Shown in pieces: positions 31,838 through 41,241 of a stretch of DNA of 64,000 nucleotides; within the stretch, counting starts at the first letter, position 1; every line of letters begins with the position of its first letter. The notes under the pieces were generated by a model, which had not been told where the DNA came from, did no database searches, and was given only the letters and a program-made list of their open reading frames with translations. Position numbers and translations under genes: made by a program. Source of the stretch: Burkholderiales bacterium (lineage in GTDB: Bacteria > Pseudomonadota > Gammaproteobacteria > Burkholderiales > Ga0077523); contig JAIEQG010000007.1 of assembly GCA_019747905.1 (NCBI GenBank), positions 17,189 through 81,188 on the forward strand, read 5' to 3'.

Positions 31838-34800
31838 ATGGCCGCCCTGAAGTCCCTCCTCGTCGCCAACCGCTCCGAGATCGCCATCCGCGTCATGCGG
31901 GCCGCGGCCGAACTCGGCATCCGCACCGTCTCGATCTATTCCAACGAGGACCGGTTCGCCCTGCACCGCTTCAAGGCGGACGAGAGCTACCGCGTCGGCG
32001 AAGGCAAGAAACCGCTGCAGGCCTACCTCGACATCGAAGACATCATCCGCATCGCCCGCCAGGCGAAGGTGGACGCGATCCACCCCGGCTACGGCTTCCT
32101 GTCCGAGAACCCCGACTTCGCGCGCGCCTGCGCCGAAGCCGGCATTCGTTTCATCGGCCCGAGCCCCGAAGTCATGACCACGCTGGGCAACAAGGTCGCG
32201 GCCCGCAATGCTGCCGTGGCAGCCGGAGTCCCGGTCATGCCGGCCACCCCGCCGCTGCCGCGCGACATGAAGGCGGTCAAGAAGCTCGCGGCCGAGGTGG
32301 GCTATCCGCTGATGCTGAAGGCGAGCTGGGGCGGCGGCGGCCGCGGCATGCGCGTGATCGAGACCGAAGCCGACCTCGACGCGCAGGTAGATGTCGCGCG
32401 GCGCGAGGCGGCGGCCGCTTTCGGCAACGACGAGGTTTACCTCGAAAAGCTAGTGCGCCGCGCCCGCCACGTGGAAGTCCAGATCATGGGCGACCTGCAC
32501 GGCAACATCGTGCACCTGTTCGAGCGCGACTGTTCCGTGCAGCGGCGCAACCAGAAGGTGGTGGAGCGGGCACCGGCGCCCTATCTTGGCGAAGCGCAAC
32601 GCACTGAACTGTGCGAGGCCGCGCTGCGACTCGCGCGAGCCGTGAACTACACCCACGCCGGCACCGTCGAGTTCCTGATGGATGCCGACACCGGCAAGTT
32701 CTACTTCATCGAAGTGAACCCGCGCATTCAGGTGGAGCACACGGTCACGGAGCAGGTGACCGGCATCGACGTCGTCCAATCGCAGATCCGCATCACCGAA
32801 GGTGCCCGCATCGGCGACGCGAACTGTCCGGTGCCGGTGCAGGCGAACATCCGCCTGAACGGTCATGCGCTCCAGTGCCGCATCACCACCGAAGACCCCG
32901 AGAACAACTTTACGCCCGACTACGGCCGCATCACCGCCTATCGCAGCGCGGCAGGCTTCGGCCTGCGGCTGGATGGCGGCACCGCGTACACCGGTGCGGT
33001 CATCACGCCCTATTACGATTCGCTGCTGGTGAAGGTGACGGCCTGGGCGCCGACGCCCCACGAGGCGATCCGGCGCATGGACCGCGGCCTGCGCGAGTTC
33101 CGCATCCGCGGCCTCTCGACCAACCTGCAGTTCGTCGAGAACGTCATCAACCATCCCGACTTCGCGGCCGGTACGGTCACGACGCGCTTCATCGACACCA
33201 CGCCGGAACTCTTCCGGTTCGCGAAGCGCCGCGACCGCGCCACGCGCGTGCTGCGCTACATCGGCGAGGTCACGGTCAACGGGCATCCGGACATGAAGGG
33301 GCGCACCAAGCCGGACCTGTCGCACGCGCACCTCATCCTGCCGAAGGTCGACCACGCTGCACCGCTGCGCCCCGGCACCCGCGACCGGCTGCGCGAGCTG
33401 GGCCCCGAAAAGTTCGCTCAATGGATGCTCGCCGAACCGCGCGTGCTGCTGACCGACACCACCATGCGCGATGCGCATCAATCGCTGTTCGCGACGCGCA
33501 TGCGCACGGCCGACATGGTTCGCATCGCCCCCGCCTACGCGCACCTCGCCCCCGGACTGTTCTCGCTCGAATGCTGGGGTGGTGCCACCTTCGACGTGGC
33601 CCTGCGCTTTCTCAAGGAAGACCCGTGGGAGCGGCTCGACCGCCTGCGCGAGGCCGTGCCCAACGTGCTGTTCCAGATGCTCCTGCGCGCCTCGAACGCG
33701 GTGGGCTACACCAACTATCCCGACAACGTCGTGCGCTACTTCGTGCAGCAGGCGGCGCGCGGCGTCGACGGCCGCGGCGGCATTGATCTCTTCCGCGTGT
33801 TCGATTCGCTCAACTGGGTGGAGAACATGCGCGTCGCGATCGACGCGGTGATCGAGGCCGGCGCGCTGTGCGAGGGAGCCATCTGCTACACCGCCGACCT
33901 CTACGACGACTCGCGCAAGTATTCGCTCAAGTACTACGTGAAGCTCGCGAAGCAGCTCGAGAAGGCCGGCGTGCACATTCTCGGCATCAAGGACATGTCG
34001 GGGGTGTGCCGCCCGCGCGCGGCCGCTGCGTTGGTGAAGGCGCTGAAGGACGAGACCGGCCTGCCGATCCATTTCCACACGCACGACACGAGTGGCATCT
34101 CGGCGGCCTCGGTGCTCGCCGCGGTCTACGCCGGTGCCGACGCCGTGGATGGCGCGCTCGACTCCATGAGCGGTCTCACCTCGCAGCCGAACCTCGGTGC
34201 CATCGTCGCGGCGCTCGAAGGTTCGGAACGCGACCCGTGCGGGCCGGAAGGCGTGGATCGCTCGGCGTTGCAGTCGCTCTCCGACTACTGGGAAGGGGTC
34301 CGCAAGTACTACGAGCCGTTCGAAGCCGACATGCGCTCGGGCACCGCCGACGTGTATCGCCACGAAATGCCCGGAGGTCAGTACACCAACCTGCGCGAGC
34401 AGGCGCGCGCCATGGGGCTCGATCATCGCTGGCCCGAAGTTGCGCGCGCCTATGCCGACGTCAATCGCATGTTCGGCGACATCGTCAAGGTCACGCCCAC
34501 GTCCAAGGTGGTGGGTGACATGGCTCTGTTCATGGTCGCGAACGATCTCGGCCCCGAGGACGTGATGGACCCCGCGCGCGAAGTGGCGTTTCCGGAATCC
34601 GTGGTCTCGCTCTTCAAGGGCGAACTGGGCTTTCCGCCGGACGGCTTCCCGCCGGAACTCTCGCGCAAGGTGCTGAAATGTGACTCGCCGGCAGCGATCC
34701 TGCCGGCGCCGCCCGCGCCCTATCGCCCCGGCGACACGCTGGCCCCGGTGGATCTCGAGGCCGCTCGCAAGGAGGCGCAGAAGGCCGTCGATCATCACGT

Positions 34801-35329
34801 GTCCGACACCGACCTCGCCTCGTGGCTGATGTACCCCAAGGTGTATCGCGAATACGCCGAGCACCATCGCCACTACGGCGACGTCAGCATCCTGCCCACG
34901 CCGACCTTCTTCTACGGCATGGCCGACCGCGAGGAGATCGCCGTGGAACTCGACCCGGGCAAGACCCTGGTGATCAGCCTGCAGGGCACTGCGCCGGCCG
35001 AAGAGGAAGGCCTGGTGAAGGTCTTCTTCGAACTGAACGGGCAGGCGCGCACCATGCGCGTCGAGAAGGCGGGTGCCGCGCGTGCCGCCAGGCGCACTCA
35101 GGCAGACCCGGCCAATCCGAGCCATATCCCGGCCCCCATGCCCGGCATGATCGTGACGGTCGCCGTGAAGCTGGGTCAGGTGGTGAAGGCCGGCGATCCG
35201 CTGGTGTCGATCGAGGCCATGAAGATGGAATCGCAGATCCGGGCGGAGCGGGACGGTTCCATCAAGGCGATCCAGGTGAAGTCCGGCGACGTGGTGGCGG
35301 CGCACGACCTGCTGCTCGAGCTTGCCTGA
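31838..35329 (+). CDS. pyc: Pyruvate carboxylase (single-chain: BC + CT + BCCP)
   Basis: 1163 aa. Biotin carboxylase N-terminus, carboxyltransferase 'LLTDTTMRDAHQS', C-terminal biotinyl site 'IEAMKME'. Confidence 0.96.
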   Translation: MAALKSLLVANRSEIAIRVMRAAAELGIRTVSIYSNEDRFALHRFKADESYRVGEGKKPLQAYLDIEDIIRIARQAKVDAIHPGYGFLSENPDFARACAEAGIRFIGPSPEVMTTLGNKVAARNAAVAAGVPVMPATPPLPRDMKAVKKLAAEVGYPLMLKASWGGGGRGMRVIETEADLDAQVDVARREAAAAFGNDEVYLEKLVRRARHVEVQIMGDLHGNIVHLFERDCSVQRRNQKVVERAPAPYLGEAQRTELCEAALRLARAVNYTHAGTVEFLMDADTGKFYFIEVNPRIQVEHTVTEQVTGIDVVQSQIRITEGARIGDANCPVPVQANIRLNGHALQCRITTEDPENNFTPDYGRITAYRSAAGFGLRLDGGTAYTGAVITPYYDSLLVKVTAWAPTPHEAIRRMDRGLREFRIRGLSTNLQFVENVINHPDFAAGTVTTRFIDTTPELFRFAKRRDRATRVLRYIGEVTVNGHPDMKGRTKPDLSHAHLILPKVDHAAPLRPGTRDRLRELGPEKFAQWMLAEPRVLLTDTTMRDAHQSLFATRMRTADMVRIAPAYAHLAPGLFSLECWGGATFDVALRFLKEDPWERLDRLREAVPNVLFQMLLRASNAVGYTNYPDNVVRYFVQQAARGVDGRGGIDLFRVFDSLNWVENMRVAIDAVIEAGALCEGAICYTADLYDDSRKYSLKYYVKLAKQLEKAGVHILGIKDMSGVCRPRAAAALVKALKDETGLPIHFHTHDTSGISAASVLAAVYAGADAVDGALDSMSGLTSQPNLGAIVAALEGSERDPCGPEGVDRSALQSLSDYWEGVRKYYEPFEADMRSGTADVYRHEMPGGQYTNLREQARAMGLDHRWPEVARAYADVNRMFGDIVKVTPTSKVVGDMALFMVANDLGPEDVMDPAREVAFPESVVSLFKGELGFPPDGFPPELSRKVLKCDSPAAILPAPPAPYRPGDTLAPVDLEAARKEAQKAVDHHVSDTDLASWLMYPKVYREYAEHHRHYGDVSILPTPTFFYGMADREEIAVELDPGKTLVISLQGTAPAEEEGLVKVFFELNGQARTMRVEKAGAARAARRTQADPANPSHIPAPMPGMIVTVAVKLGQVVKAGDPLVSIEAMKMESQIRAERDGSIKAIQVKSGDVVAAHDLLLELA

Positions 35330-35772
35330 GGGCTGCGCTGCCTCGACACCTGGGCGACGAACCCGGTGCCGACGACCGAAGCATTCTCGAGCGGCTTCGC
35401 GTTTTCCATCACCCTGTCGACCACTGTTCCCAGGGCCGACGGTATCGCGTTCGCGATCCGGGCCGCGGGTACCGGCATCCCCGGCATCTTGAGCTGGCGG
35501 TGGCGCCGCCGCGCTGCCTGAACCGGGGCGGCATCCGAGCGGCCGGACAGCGGTCGACAGTCGTTCGTGTGCTGCAGGACCAGGAAGAAGGTCAGGCATT
35601 CGACAGCTTCGCCTGCTTCACTCGGACCACCTTTGCGGCAACGCGCGACGGGCGCGATCGGCAGCGCTAGTGGTCACTATTTTTTTATTTTAAATCAATA
35701 TTTTACATTCCGTCCGGCGTGTGGTCTGATAGCGCTACGGTCAATGCCGGCCGGCCACCCTGGAAACACGCC

Positions 35773-35925
35773 ATGCGCAAGACAGCCCGCGTCGCAATCA
35801 ACGCCAATGCGTTACCAATCATCGCGATCGACACCGTCGGGCCTTCGGTCCGGGCATGGTTCGCGCAGGAACAAGCCGTGGCGCTCGCGTACGCCGCGCG
35901 CCTGCATGCCGGAAACGGGGAATAA
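35773..35925 (+). CDS. Hypothetical small protein (50 aa)
   Basis: ATG ORF with G/C-rich third positions, directly after an unusually AT-rich segment (35672-35712). No recognisable family. Confidence 0.25.
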   Translation: MRKTARVAINANALPIIAIDTVGPSVRAWFAQEQAVALAYAARLHAGNGE

Positions 35926-35927
35926 CC

Positions 35928-36236
35928 GTGGCTACCTGGTATGTCGGACGCAAAGCGCCGGGCGTGGTAGCGCACCCCATCGACCACGGGACACGCAAAC
36001 CCGATTTCGTGAAGCAATCGGAGACCGAGATCTACGTCCGATACGAAAGTACTCTCGCAGCCATGTATCGGCGGCCGCCCGGCGCGCCGGCGTGGACGAA
36101 GTGGGTCATCGACACGGTTCGCCCGTTCCACGTAGAGGGCGAGGCGATAGAGCTCGCGAAGCGGCGTACACGCGTGGGGAGCCTCCAGAGAGAAATCTGG
36201 TCGACCTTCGAATGGCCGGAGCAGGAATCCCGGTAG
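35928..36236 (+). CDS. Hypothetical small protein (102 aa)
   Basis: GTG start 2 nt after the preceding TAA, with 'gggga' upstream. Protein-like composition (W/Y/K/E rich), unlike the antisense ORF. No family recognised. Confidence 0.3.
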   Translation: MATWYVGRKAPGVVAHPIDHGTRKPDFVKQSETEIYVRYESTLAAMYRRPPGAPAWTKWVIDTVRPFHVEGEAIELAKRRTRVGSLQREIWSTFEWPEQESR

Positions 36237-36271
36237 CCGCAGCGCAAGCTGCCCGTCCGTAGCCACCCTCG

Positions 36272-36544
36272 ATGGTTACCTGCGACCTTGCTCGCTTCTC
36301 CCTGCTGGTCCGGGAATCCGCGAAACGCATTCGCATCCCGGAGACCACGCAGCGCAACCCACGGGCCGCGGCACTGGCGTTGATCGCTGCGCGGACCGGC
36401 ACGCTCGAAGCTCAGGTTCTCGCCAAGTTGGCCGACGCCGTCGATCAGCACGGCGGTGCGTTCAACGAGTCGGACGTTTACGCGCTCGGTGCAGAGGCGC
36501 TGGGCATAGCAGGCGCGCTGATAGCGGTCGGTGCCGAAGCCTAG
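36272..36544 (+). CDS. Hypothetical small protein (90 aa)
   Basis: ATG ORF in the same orientation as the two preceding small ORFs. Helical, Ala-rich. No family recognised. Confidence 0.3.
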   Translation: MVTCDLARFSLLVRESAKRIRIPETTQRNPRAAALALIAARTGTLEAQVLAKLADAVDQHGGAFNESDVYALGAEALGIAGALIAVGAEA

Positions 36545-36702
36545 CGTCCTCGGCACGCCGTTCGCTTCACCGCTGCGCCCCGGTCCACGGGCTTTCAAGC
36601 CCACGAATCCGGATCGGTCCTGTTCGCCCGCACAAATGCCGGAGGCGCGTTTGTGTGTTTCAATCGCGCTGACACCACCGTCGACCACACCGGAGGGGAG
36701 CC

Positions 36703-37773
36703 ATGATTCAGCGGGGAATCGCCGTCCTTGCCGCCACACTTGCGTGGGTTGCGCTGTGCATGACGCCGGCGCACGCCGCGAAGTACGTCATGGTCATCAG
36801 CCACATGGGCCCGGAGGACTGGACCAACAACGAGATGCATCCGGCCATGAAGCATTTCGAGTCCATGGTCGAGGCGCGCACCGGCGGCGACATCGACGTC
36901 CAGGTCTTCGGCAACGGCCAGCTCGGCTCCGAAGTGGAAACGGCGAAACAGGCCCAGGCCGGCAAGACGGTGCAGGCGACGCTGATCTCGTCCGGCGCCA
37001 TGTCGTCGTTCTTCCCCGCCTACCAGATCATCACCACGCCTTTCCTGTTTCCCAACTACCACGTGGCACGTGCCTACCTCGACGGTGAATGGCACGCGAA
37101 CTTCATGCGTGGCGCGCTGAAGGCGAGCGGCCTGCGCTATCTCGGCACGCTGGACGACGGCGGCGGCTTCGTCGCCTTCACCAACAACAAGCGGCTCATC
37201 AAGACGGTCGATGACCTGAAGGGCCTCAAGATCCGGGTGGAGGAGAATCCCGCCCACGTGGCGACCATGAAGGCGCTGGGCGCCTCCGCCACGCCGCTGC
37301 CGTGGGGCGAGGTGCTCACCGCGCTCAGTACCGGGCTCGCCGACGGTCAGTTCAATGCGCCCGGCATCAGCCTCGCGTTCAAGCTCTGGGAAGTGAACCA
37401 GTACACGACCTGGAGCGGCCACGTCTACAACACCATCTCGTGGATGATGAGCGACAAGTGGTTCCAGTCGCTGCCGCCGGAACACCGGCAGGTGATCATC
37501 GAGGCGGCGCGCGAAGCCACCGTGGTATCCCACGGCATCGCCGTCCTCGCGGCAGCCACCGGCTGGGATACCTCCTGCAAGAAGTTCAAGCAGTGCTGGA
37601 TCCTCACCAAGACCGAGCGCGACCGCATGGCCGCGGTCGCGCGGCCCGCGTGGAAGCAGTGGGTCACCAAGGACTTCGGCATCGACGTGAAGCTGGTGGA
37701 CCAGCTCTGGGCCGAAGTCGCCCGCATCGAAAAGGAAACGAGCGCGCTCGACGCGAAGCGCTACGGCCAGTAG
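36703..37773 (+). CDS. TRAP transporter substrate-binding protein (DctP family)
   Basis: 356 aa, signal peptide, GGAGGGGA RBS, followed by small and large TRAP permeases. Confidence 0.9.
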   Translation: MIQRGIAVLAATLAWVALCMTPAHAAKYVMVISHMGPEDWTNNEMHPAMKHFESMVEARTGGDIDVQVFGNGQLGSEVETAKQAQAGKTVQATLISSGAMSSFFPAYQIITTPFLFPNYHVARAYLDGEWHANFMRGALKASGLRYLGTLDDGGGFVAFTNNKRLIKTVDDLKGLKIRVEENPAHVATMKALGASATPLPWGEVLTALSTGLADGQFNAPGISLAFKLWEVNQYTTWSGHVYNTISWMMSDKWFQSLPPEHRQVIIEAAREATVVSHGIAVLAAATGWDTSCKKFKQCWILTKTERDRMAAVARPAWKQWVTKDFGIDVKLVDQLWAEVARIEKETSALDAKRYGQ

Positions 37774-37777
37774 ACCC

Positions 37778-38281
37778 ATGGCGGCCGTAGCGTTCTTGCG
37801 GCGGATGAGCGATGCGCTGAATCGCGCCGTCATCGCCTTCTGCGTCGCGTGCGTGATCGCGATGCTCGCGATCTCGTTCATCGGCTTCTTCTACATGGTC
37901 GGCACCGGTGAGGCCCTGAGCTGGACCTACTCGCTGGCACGCCTGTTCATTCCCTGGATCGGCATGCTGTCGATCACGGTGGCATTCAAGGGCGGCGAGC
38001 ACGTCACCATGAACCTGCTGCTTGGCCTGGTACCGCACGCATTCATCCGGGTGCTGCAATGGGCAAGCTTCGGCTTGATCGCCCTGTTCGCCTTGTTGCT
38101 CATCTGGTTCGGATGGGACTTCTTCCTCGGATCCAACCAGTACTACATGGTGTCCGACCAGATCCGCGTGCATGGTCGCTGGGTCGCGGCTTGCGTTCCG
38201 GCGACGGGGGCGATCCTGTTCGTGCACCTTGCGAGCGGATTGCAGCTTCTGGAGCCACCCCCGCAGGCGGAGGATATCTGA
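37778..38281 (+). CDS. TRAP transporter small permease (DctQ family)
   Basis: 167 aa with 4 hydrophobic segments. The stop overlaps the next start (TGATG). Confidence 0.85.
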   Translation: MAAVAFLRRMSDALNRAVIAFCVACVIAMLAISFIGFFYMVGTGEALSWTYSLARLFIPWIGMLSITVAFKGGEHVTMNLLLGLVPHAFIRVLQWASFGLIALFALLLIWFGWDFFLGSNQYYMVSDQIRVHGRWVAACVPATGAILFVHLASGLQLLEPPPQAEDI

Positions 38282-39558
38282 TGGCCGCCGCCCTGGTGAT
38301 CTTCGTCGTGGTGCTGCTGATCGGGGCACCGATCGCCCTGGTGATGCTGTTCTCCGGGCTGGCCGGGGCGGTGTCCATCGGCGGCCCTGAGTTCCTCGAG
38401 GTGGTCGCCGACCGCATGTTCTCGGGCGTGGGCAGCTTCCTGCTGATGGCGATCCCGTATTTCATCTTCACCGCCGAGCTGATGAACCACGCCGGCCTCA
38501 CGCAGCGACTGATCGATTTCAACAACGCGCTGCTCGGACGCGTGCGCGGCGCCCTGAGCCACGTCAACATCCTGAGCAGCCTGCTGTTCGCGGGGCTCAC
38601 CGGCGCCGCCGTCACCGACGCCGTTGCGATCGGCAAACTGCTGATCCCGGCCATGAAGAAGGAAGGCTACTCGGCAGCGTATGCCGCGGCCGTGACCGCG
38701 TGCGCCTCCGTGATGGGGCCGATCATCCCGCCCAGCATCGTGATGGTGGTGTACGCCACCCTCCTCTACAACGTGTCGGTGATCTCGCTGTTCGTGGGCG
38801 GCATCATTCCCGGCCTGATGCTCGCGGGAGCGTTGCTGCTGGTAAGCGGCTGGCTCGCGTGGCGGCGCGGTTTCCCGGTACACGGTAAATCGAGCTTCGG
38901 GCTGGCGCTGCGCCGGTTTCTGCCGACCGTCCCTGCGCTGCTCGTCCCCGTGATCATCCTGGGCGGCATCCTCGGGGGCTGGACCACCGTGACGGAGGCG
39001 TCGGCCTTCGCCGCCATCTACGCCATCGCCGTCGGAGCGCTCCTCTATCGGACTCTCACCGTCCGCAATGTGCTCGCGGCACTCGTCACGACGGTCCGCC
39101 TGTCCGGAGTCGTCTTCTTTCTCCTGGCCACTTCCACCGTCCTCGGCTGGTTCGTCACCCGCTCGGGCATCACCCGCGAGGCCGCGGAACTCATCGCCGG
39201 CTTCAGCACCAATCCGATGGTGCAGATCCTGATGGTCAACCTGCTGCTGCTCGTGATCGGCACCATGGTCGACGTGCTGCCGGCGCTCGTGATCGTGGCG
39301 CCGGTGCTGGCCCCGGCCATGACGCAACTCGGGTTCGACCCGCTGCATTTCGCGATGGTGATGATCATCACGCTCAACGTCGGCAACATCACGCCGCCGG
39401 TGGGCATGTCGCTGATGACCACGGCGCGCATCGCCGGCGTCAGTTACGAAAAGGCGATCGTCGCCTCGCTGCCCTTCTACTTGAGCTTCATCGCGGTGAT
39501 CGCGATCGTGTCGCTGTGGCCCGCCACCGTGCTGTGGCTGCCGGGGCTGCTCCGCTGA
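38281..39558 (+). CDS. TRAP transporter large permease (DctM family)
   Basis: Start at ATG 38281 ('MAAALVIFVVVLLIGAPIALVMLFSG'). 425 aa, polytopic. 'FIFTAELMNHAGLTQRLIDF' is typical of DctM. Confidence 0.92.
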   Translation: MAAALVIFVVVLLIGAPIALVMLFSGLAGAVSIGGPEFLEVVADRMFSGVGSFLLMAIPYFIFTAELMNHAGLTQRLIDFNNALLGRVRGALSHVNILSSLLFAGLTGAAVTDAVAIGKLLIPAMKKEGYSAAYAAAVTACASVMGPIIPPSIVMVVYATLLYNVSVISLFVGGIIPGLMLAGALLLVSGWLAWRRGFPVHGKSSFGLALRRFLPTVPALLVPVIILGGILGGWTTVTEASAFAAIYAIAVGALLYRTLTVRNVLAALVTTVRLSGVVFFLLATSTVLGWFVTRSGITREAAELIAGFSTNPMVQILMVNLLLLVIGTMVDVLPALVIVAPVLAPAMTQLGFDPLHFAMVMIITLNVGNITPPVGMSLMTTARIAGVSYEKAIVASLPFYLSFIAVIAIVSLWPATVLWLPGLLR

Positions 39559-39610
39559 GGTGACAGTCTCCGGCTGGCCCTGCCCTCCTGGGGCGGCGGC
39601 CCGGCCGTCC

Positions 39611-40801
39611 TCAAGGATCCCGCGCGCAGCGAAACCCGATGTCCTCGGCGCGCAGTTCCGGGGCGCCATACGAACGCCGCGCCGAATTCATGCGCTCCGC
39701 CGGCTCGAAGCGGCCGCCGCCGCGAATCACTTTCGACGTACCCGAAGCGGGCCCTTGCGGATTGCGGCGCTCGCCCACCGGGAAACCCTCCGCGTACCAA
39801 TCCGCCGTCCACTCGGCGACGTTGCCGGCCATGTCGTGCGCGCCGTAGGGACTGCGTCCCGCAGGGTGGCTGCCCACCTTGTCGAGCCCGCCGGAATAGG
39901 CCTCGGGGGATGCGTTCTGGAAGTTCAGCCGGTCCGCCATCGGCCGGTCGTTGCCCCACGGAAACCGCCGCTCGTCCGTGCCACGCGCCGCCTTCTCCCA
40001 TTCCGACTCCGTGGGCAATCGTCGCCCTGCCCACTTGCAGTACGCACTGGCGTCGTTCCAGTCCACACCGCCCACGGGCAGCTCATCGCCGCGGGCGAGG
40101 TCCAATGCTTCCCATCCTTCCGGGGGATGAGACGAGCCCGTCGCCGCGAGAAACTTCGCATATCGCCCGGTCGTGACCTCCAGGCCGTCGATGTAGAACG
40201 CGTCGAGGAATACCTCGCGCTTCGGTGACTCCTCGTCGTCGCCCATGACGAAGGTGCCGGCCGGCACCAGCACGAGCGGCGCACCGTCCCTGCCGGTCAG
40301 TTCGGTCGGAGCCTCGCGGGTCGCGAGGGTCCACCACACACCTCCCGCCACGACGAGGGCGACGACGACTCCGACGCCTGCCTTGATCAGCAGCGCACGC
40401 CGGCGTTTCAGATCGATGCGATGCACGGCATCGGCCACCGCGGCAGCGATGTTGCCCGGGGACTCCAGCAGGGTCACCGACTTCACGAACGCCGGCAGAC
40501 GATCGAAGGCCGTCGGGCGCAGCAGCACGGGCAACAGCCTGCCGGAGGCCTGCCGCAGCTTCTTCTCGGCAATCTCGAGCTCGTTCAGCGTGTAGCTGCC
40601 CGGATCGATGGCCTCTTCGCTCACCAGGAAGACGAACAGGTCCGCCTGCTCGATCGCCCGGCGGATGCGGATGTGAAACTCCTCCCCTGCCGGCAGATCC
40701 TCGCGATCGAAGAAGACATCATGGCCCTGGTCGAGCAGGGCACGGTTGATGGCCTCGGCGATCGGGCGATCCTGCGAGGCATAACTCAGGAAGATCTTCA
40801 T
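39611..40801 (-). CDS. TIR domain - single TM helix - FGE-sulfatase (SUMF1-like) domain protein
   Basis: Start at ATG 40801 (ATGA overlap with the upstream gene). TIR: 'KIFLSYASQD...VFFDREDLPAGEEF...DLFVFLVSEEAIDPGSYTLNELEIA'. TM about aa 136-159, preceded by KRRR. FGE domain: 'VGGVDWNDASAYCKWAGRRLPTESEWEKAARG...GNVAEWT...IRGGGRF'. Confidence 0.85.
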   Translation of the reverse strand: MKIFLSYASQDRPIAEAINRALLDQGHDVFFDREDLPAGEEFHIRIRRAIEQADLFVFLVSEEAIDPGSYTLNELEIAEKKLRQASGRLLPVLLRPTAFDRLPAFVKSVTLLESPGNIAAAVADAVHRIDLKRRRALLIKAGVGVVVALVVAGGVWWTLATREAPTELTGRDGAPLVLVPAGTFVMGDDEESPKREVFLDAFYIDGLEVTTGRYAKFLAATGSSHPPEGWEALDLARGDELPVGGVDWNDASAYCKWAGRRLPTESEWEKAARGTDERRFPWGNDRPMADRLNFQNASPEAYSGGLDKVGSHPAGRSPYGAHDMAGNVAEWTADWYAEGFPVGERRNPQGPASGTSKVIRGGGRFEPAERMNSARRSYGAPELRAEDIGFRCARDP

Positions 40802-41241
40802 GCCGCGGGAGCGGCCACCCTCTGCTCCGCGCGCCACGCGCTCAAGGTCCACAGGAAGCTCGCGAAATCCTGCACCGCGAACGCAGCCGCGAGCTGCCAC
40901 GGCAGGATGCCGGTCAACCAGAGCACCAGCATCGCCGGCGGAACCAGCGGCCGGTCGAGCAGGGAGGCGAACACGAAGCCCTGCGCGTTGAGCCGGCCGG
41001 CCGCCACGTAGAGCATGCCCAGTCCGCCGACGAGCAGGCCGACGAGGCGGAAGTAGTTCTCAGCCTGCTCGACCATCTCCGGCAGGTGCAGCAGCTTCAC
41101 CGCGAGCTGCGGGGCGAACACGATGCCCACGCTCTCCGCGAGGATCAGCCAGCCGAACACTTCGACGGTCTTCGCGGAACGGCCCTGACCCTCCGCGGCG
41201 AACAAACGACGGAACATCTCCCCGAAGGACGGTGCATTCAT
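40798..41241 (-). CDS. Small integral membrane protein (147 aa), unknown family
   Basis: Start at ATG 41241 (ATGA overlap with the methyltransferase stop). About 4 hydrophobic segments. Its stop overlaps the TIR gene start. Confidence 0.6.
   Translation of the reverse strand: MNAPSFGEMFRRLFAAEGQGRSAKTVEVFGWLILAESVGIVFAPQLAVKLLHLPEMVEQAENYFRLVGLLVGGLGMLYVAAGRLNAQGFVFASLLDRPLVPPAMLVLWLTGILPWQLAAAFAVQDFASFLWTLSAWRAEQRVAAPAA

Noticed and set aside
35703-36266. 187-aa minus-strand ORF covering the small-ORF islet.
   Set aside because: The translation is Arg/Pro/Cys-rich and not protein-like. The plus-strand small ORFs have a better composition and start context. Even those are only low-confidence calls.
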